Shown here: positions 62,086 through 64,000 of the stretch, in pieces | How the letters are laid out: every line of letters starts with the position of its first letter | Numbering within the stretch: the stretch's first letter is position 1 | Assembly (NCBI GenBank): GCA_964654995.1 | Contig: CAZZKF010000003.1 | Span: forward strand, 12,276 to 76,275 | DNA length: 64,000 nt | DNA from: an uncultured Alphaproteobacteria bacterium | Lineage (GTDB): Bacteria; Pseudomonadota; Alphaproteobacteria; CAZZKF01 | Reading direction: 5' to 3' | The notes under the pieces: generated by a model | What the model was told of the DNA's origin: nothing | What the model saw: the letters and a program-made list of their open reading frames with translations, nothing else | Database searches by the model: none | Made by a program: the position numbers and the translations under genes

Positions 62086-62820
62086 ATGTCATTCGAACGC
62101 ACACTGCCGAAATCCTGTCTGGGATGTCCCGTTTACCTGCGCACCGAGTGGTGCGTACTGGGTCGTACCGGGCTGGCGCAACTGGCGCGCCGGCGCAAGC
62201 CCCTCGACTTTCAGCCCGGCCAGATCATTTTCCAGCAAAAGAGCCTGTCGCAGGGCATCTACTGCATCGAAAGCGGCCACATCCTGTTGCGCCAGGTCGA
62301 CACTTTCGGCAACGAAACCGCCTTTCGCGTATTGACCGGCGGCGAAACCGTGGGCTGGCGCAGCCTGTTCGGTGAACAGCCCCACGCCGCCACCGCCCAG
62401 GCGCTGACCGCCTGCCGGCTGTGTCTGATCACGCGCGACGATTTCGAGGATCTGGCGGCCAGCTACCCGGATCTGGTTCGCCGCTTTCTCAAGACCGTCG
62501 CCACCGACCGCGGCCCGGCGGAAGCGCTGTTGCTGCGCAGTCCGTTGCTGCCGGTTCACATTCGGCTGATCCATCTTCTGATTCTGTTGCGTGACCGCTG
62601 CGCGACCTCGGTGTCGCCGCAGGCGTTGGTGCTGGAACTGCCGCTCAAGCGCAAGCAGATCGCCTCGATGATCGGGGCGCGCACGGAAACCCTGTCGCGG
62701 GCCATCCGCCAGCTTGGCGATATGGAGCTGGCCCAGTTCGAAGGCCGCCGGGTGATGATCCCCGACTATACCCGGCTGCTGGAAATGGTCCGTCAGGTGT
62801 GCACCGAGTCCGGCATCTGA
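62086..62820 (+). CDS. CRP/FNR-family regulator with N-terminal Cys cluster and FNR-type recognition helix
   Basis: RBS AGGAGG at 62071-62076. N-terminal CLGCPVYLRTEWC (three Cys) plus internal Cys. A cNMP-like beta-roll (GQIIFQQKS...GETVG), and a C-terminal HTH containing TETLSRAIRQL, i.e. the E--SR motif that reads TTGAT half-sites. Confidence 0.8.
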   Translation: MSFERTLPKSCLGCPVYLRTEWCVLGRTGLAQLARRRKPLDFQPGQIIFQQKSLSQGIYCIESGHILLRQVDTFGNETAFRVLTGGETVGWRSLFGEQPHAATAQALTACRLCLITRDDFEDLAASYPDLVRRFLKTVATDRGPAEALLLRSPLLPVHIRLIHLLILLRDRCATSVSPQALVLELPLKRKQIASMIGARTETLSRAIRQLGDMELAQFEGRRVMIPDYTRLLEMVRQVCTESGI

Positions 62821-62884
62821 TACGGCCGCGGGCGCCGGGTGCACAGGCCTGCCGCTCGGCCCCGGACCATGCCATAATCGAGCC

Positions 62885-63970
62885 ATGACGGATCCCCTGG
62901 TCATCGACGGCGCCCATGGCGAGGGCGGCGGTCAGATTGTGCGCACGGCAACGACGCTGGCGGCGCTGACCGGGCGGCCGGTGCGGATCATCAACATTCG
63001 CGCCAAGCGCCGCAATCCGGGTCTCGCCGCCCAGCATCTGACCGCCGTGCGCGCCCTGGCGGCACTGTGCGGCGGCGAGCTTCACGGCGATGCCCTGGGC
63101 GCGACGCGGCTCGACTTCGTGCCCCTGGGGCCGCCGCAGCCCAGCACCTATGTCTTCGATGTCGGCGCGGCCCGCGAGGGGGGCAGTGCCGGTGCCACGA
63201 CGCTCGTGCTTCAGGCGGTGCTGTTGCCGCTGGCCCTGGCCGACGGCTTGTCCAGGGTGACGATCCGCGGCGGCACCCATATGGCCTGGAGCCCGCCGTA
63301 CGACTATATCGCCGATGTTTACCTGCCGACGCTGGCGCGCCTGGGCATCCGCGCGAGGCCGGCGCTCATGACATTTGGCTGGTACCCTGCGGGACAGGGC
63401 GAAATCACCGTCGATATCGATGGCCTGGGCGCCGCCGACGGGCGCCTGGCGAACACTCTCCGGCTCACCGAGCCGGGCCCCTTGCGCCATGTCTTCGGGC
63501 GCGCCGTGGCCGCCAATCTGCCGGCCCACATCCCCCAGCGCATGGCCGATCGGGCAAGGCGTCTGCTCGCCGACCTCGACCCCGAGGCCCGGATTGTGCC
63601 GCTGCGCGTGCGCGCCGCGAGCCCTGGCGCCGGTCTCTTCCTGACTGCCGCTTACGACCACGGGCGCTGCGGGTTTTCGGCCCTCGGGGCGCGTGGTGTT
63701 CCCTCCGAAGACGTTGCCGCACAGGCGGTCGACGCCTTGATCGCTCACCATGATTCAGGCGCCGTTGTCGATCCGCATCTGGCCGATCAGATCCTGGTGG
63801 CGATGGCGCTGGCCCGCGAGGCCGGCGAATTCACCACCAGCCGGATCACCGACCACTTGGTCACCAATGCCTGGGTGATCGAACGCTTCGGGCTGGCGAC
63901 GATCGACATCGAGGCCTACCCCAAGGGCTTCGCCCGTGTCAGCATCACGCCGGCCGGAAATGACGGTTAA
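62885..63970 (+). CDS. rtcA: RNA 3'-terminal phosphate cyclase
   Basis: MTDPLVIDGAHGEGGGQIVRTATTLAALTGRPVRI... with the catalytic His region (RGGTHMAWSPPYDY) typical of RtcA. 361 aa. Confidence 0.85.
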   Translation: MTDPLVIDGAHGEGGGQIVRTATTLAALTGRPVRIINIRAKRRNPGLAAQHLTAVRALAALCGGELHGDALGATRLDFVPLGPPQPSTYVFDVGAAREGGSAGATTLVLQAVLLPLALADGLSRVTIRGGTHMAWSPPYDYIADVYLPTLARLGIRARPALMTFGWYPAGQGEITVDIDGLGAADGRLANTLRLTEPGPLRHVFGRAVAANLPAHIPQRMADRARRLLADLDPEARIVPLRVRAASPGAGLFLTAAYDHGRCGFSALGARGVPSEDVAAQAVDALIAHHDSGAVVDPHLADQILVAMALAREAGEFTTSRITDHLVTNAWVIERFGLATIDIEAYPKGFARVSITPAGNDG

Positions 63971-64000
63971 TCGTCCTTGTTCTGATCGGTGAGAATCGGG

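Overview
This window is high-GC (about 65-70% by eye) chromosomal DNA with gene content and synteny typical of an alphaproteobacterium, probably Rhodospirillales-like; the organism cannot be named from sequence alone. It is densely coding and mostly housekeeping. Operon-like blocks: argC; rplM-rpsI; cutA-ctaA; tRNA-Pro; merR-ihfA-fabH-plsX-rpmF-yceD; bamE; an H+-pyrophosphatase; a riboflavin/thiamin cluster nrdR-ribD-ribE-ribBX-ribH-nusB-thiL; glyA; rpiB; hemA and hemB flanking a MarR regulator and an IcmF fused mutase; motAB; an SLC13 transporter; bpt; a TRAP dctPQM set; parC-recO-era-rnc-lepB-acpS-pdxJ; rsh (relA/spoT); rpoZ; an NhaC antiporter; bioA/bioFD. The accessory-looking part is the last ~7 kb (57.5-63 kb). 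It holds a copper nitrite reductase (NirK) with an extra N-terminal cupredoxin domain, a cytochrome c2-like gene, a convergently oriented gene for a monoheme cytochrome fused to a predicted outer-membrane beta-barrel (Cyc2-like), and a divergent FNR-type regulator. Perfect FNR-type palindromes sit upstream of nirK and of the cytochrome-porin gene. I read this as a candidate oxygen-regulated electron-transfer module running from the outer membrane to periplasmic nitrite reduction, possibly Fe(II)- or extracellular-electron-coupled; that is a hypothesis. A second oddity is a ~620 bp low-GC islet (52.5-53.2 kb) carrying a TIGR02466-like putative 2OG oxygenase. Many long antisense ORFs in the six-frame track are high-GC artefacts and were not called. 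All identifications rest on my reading of the translated ORFs and motifs; no database searches were run.
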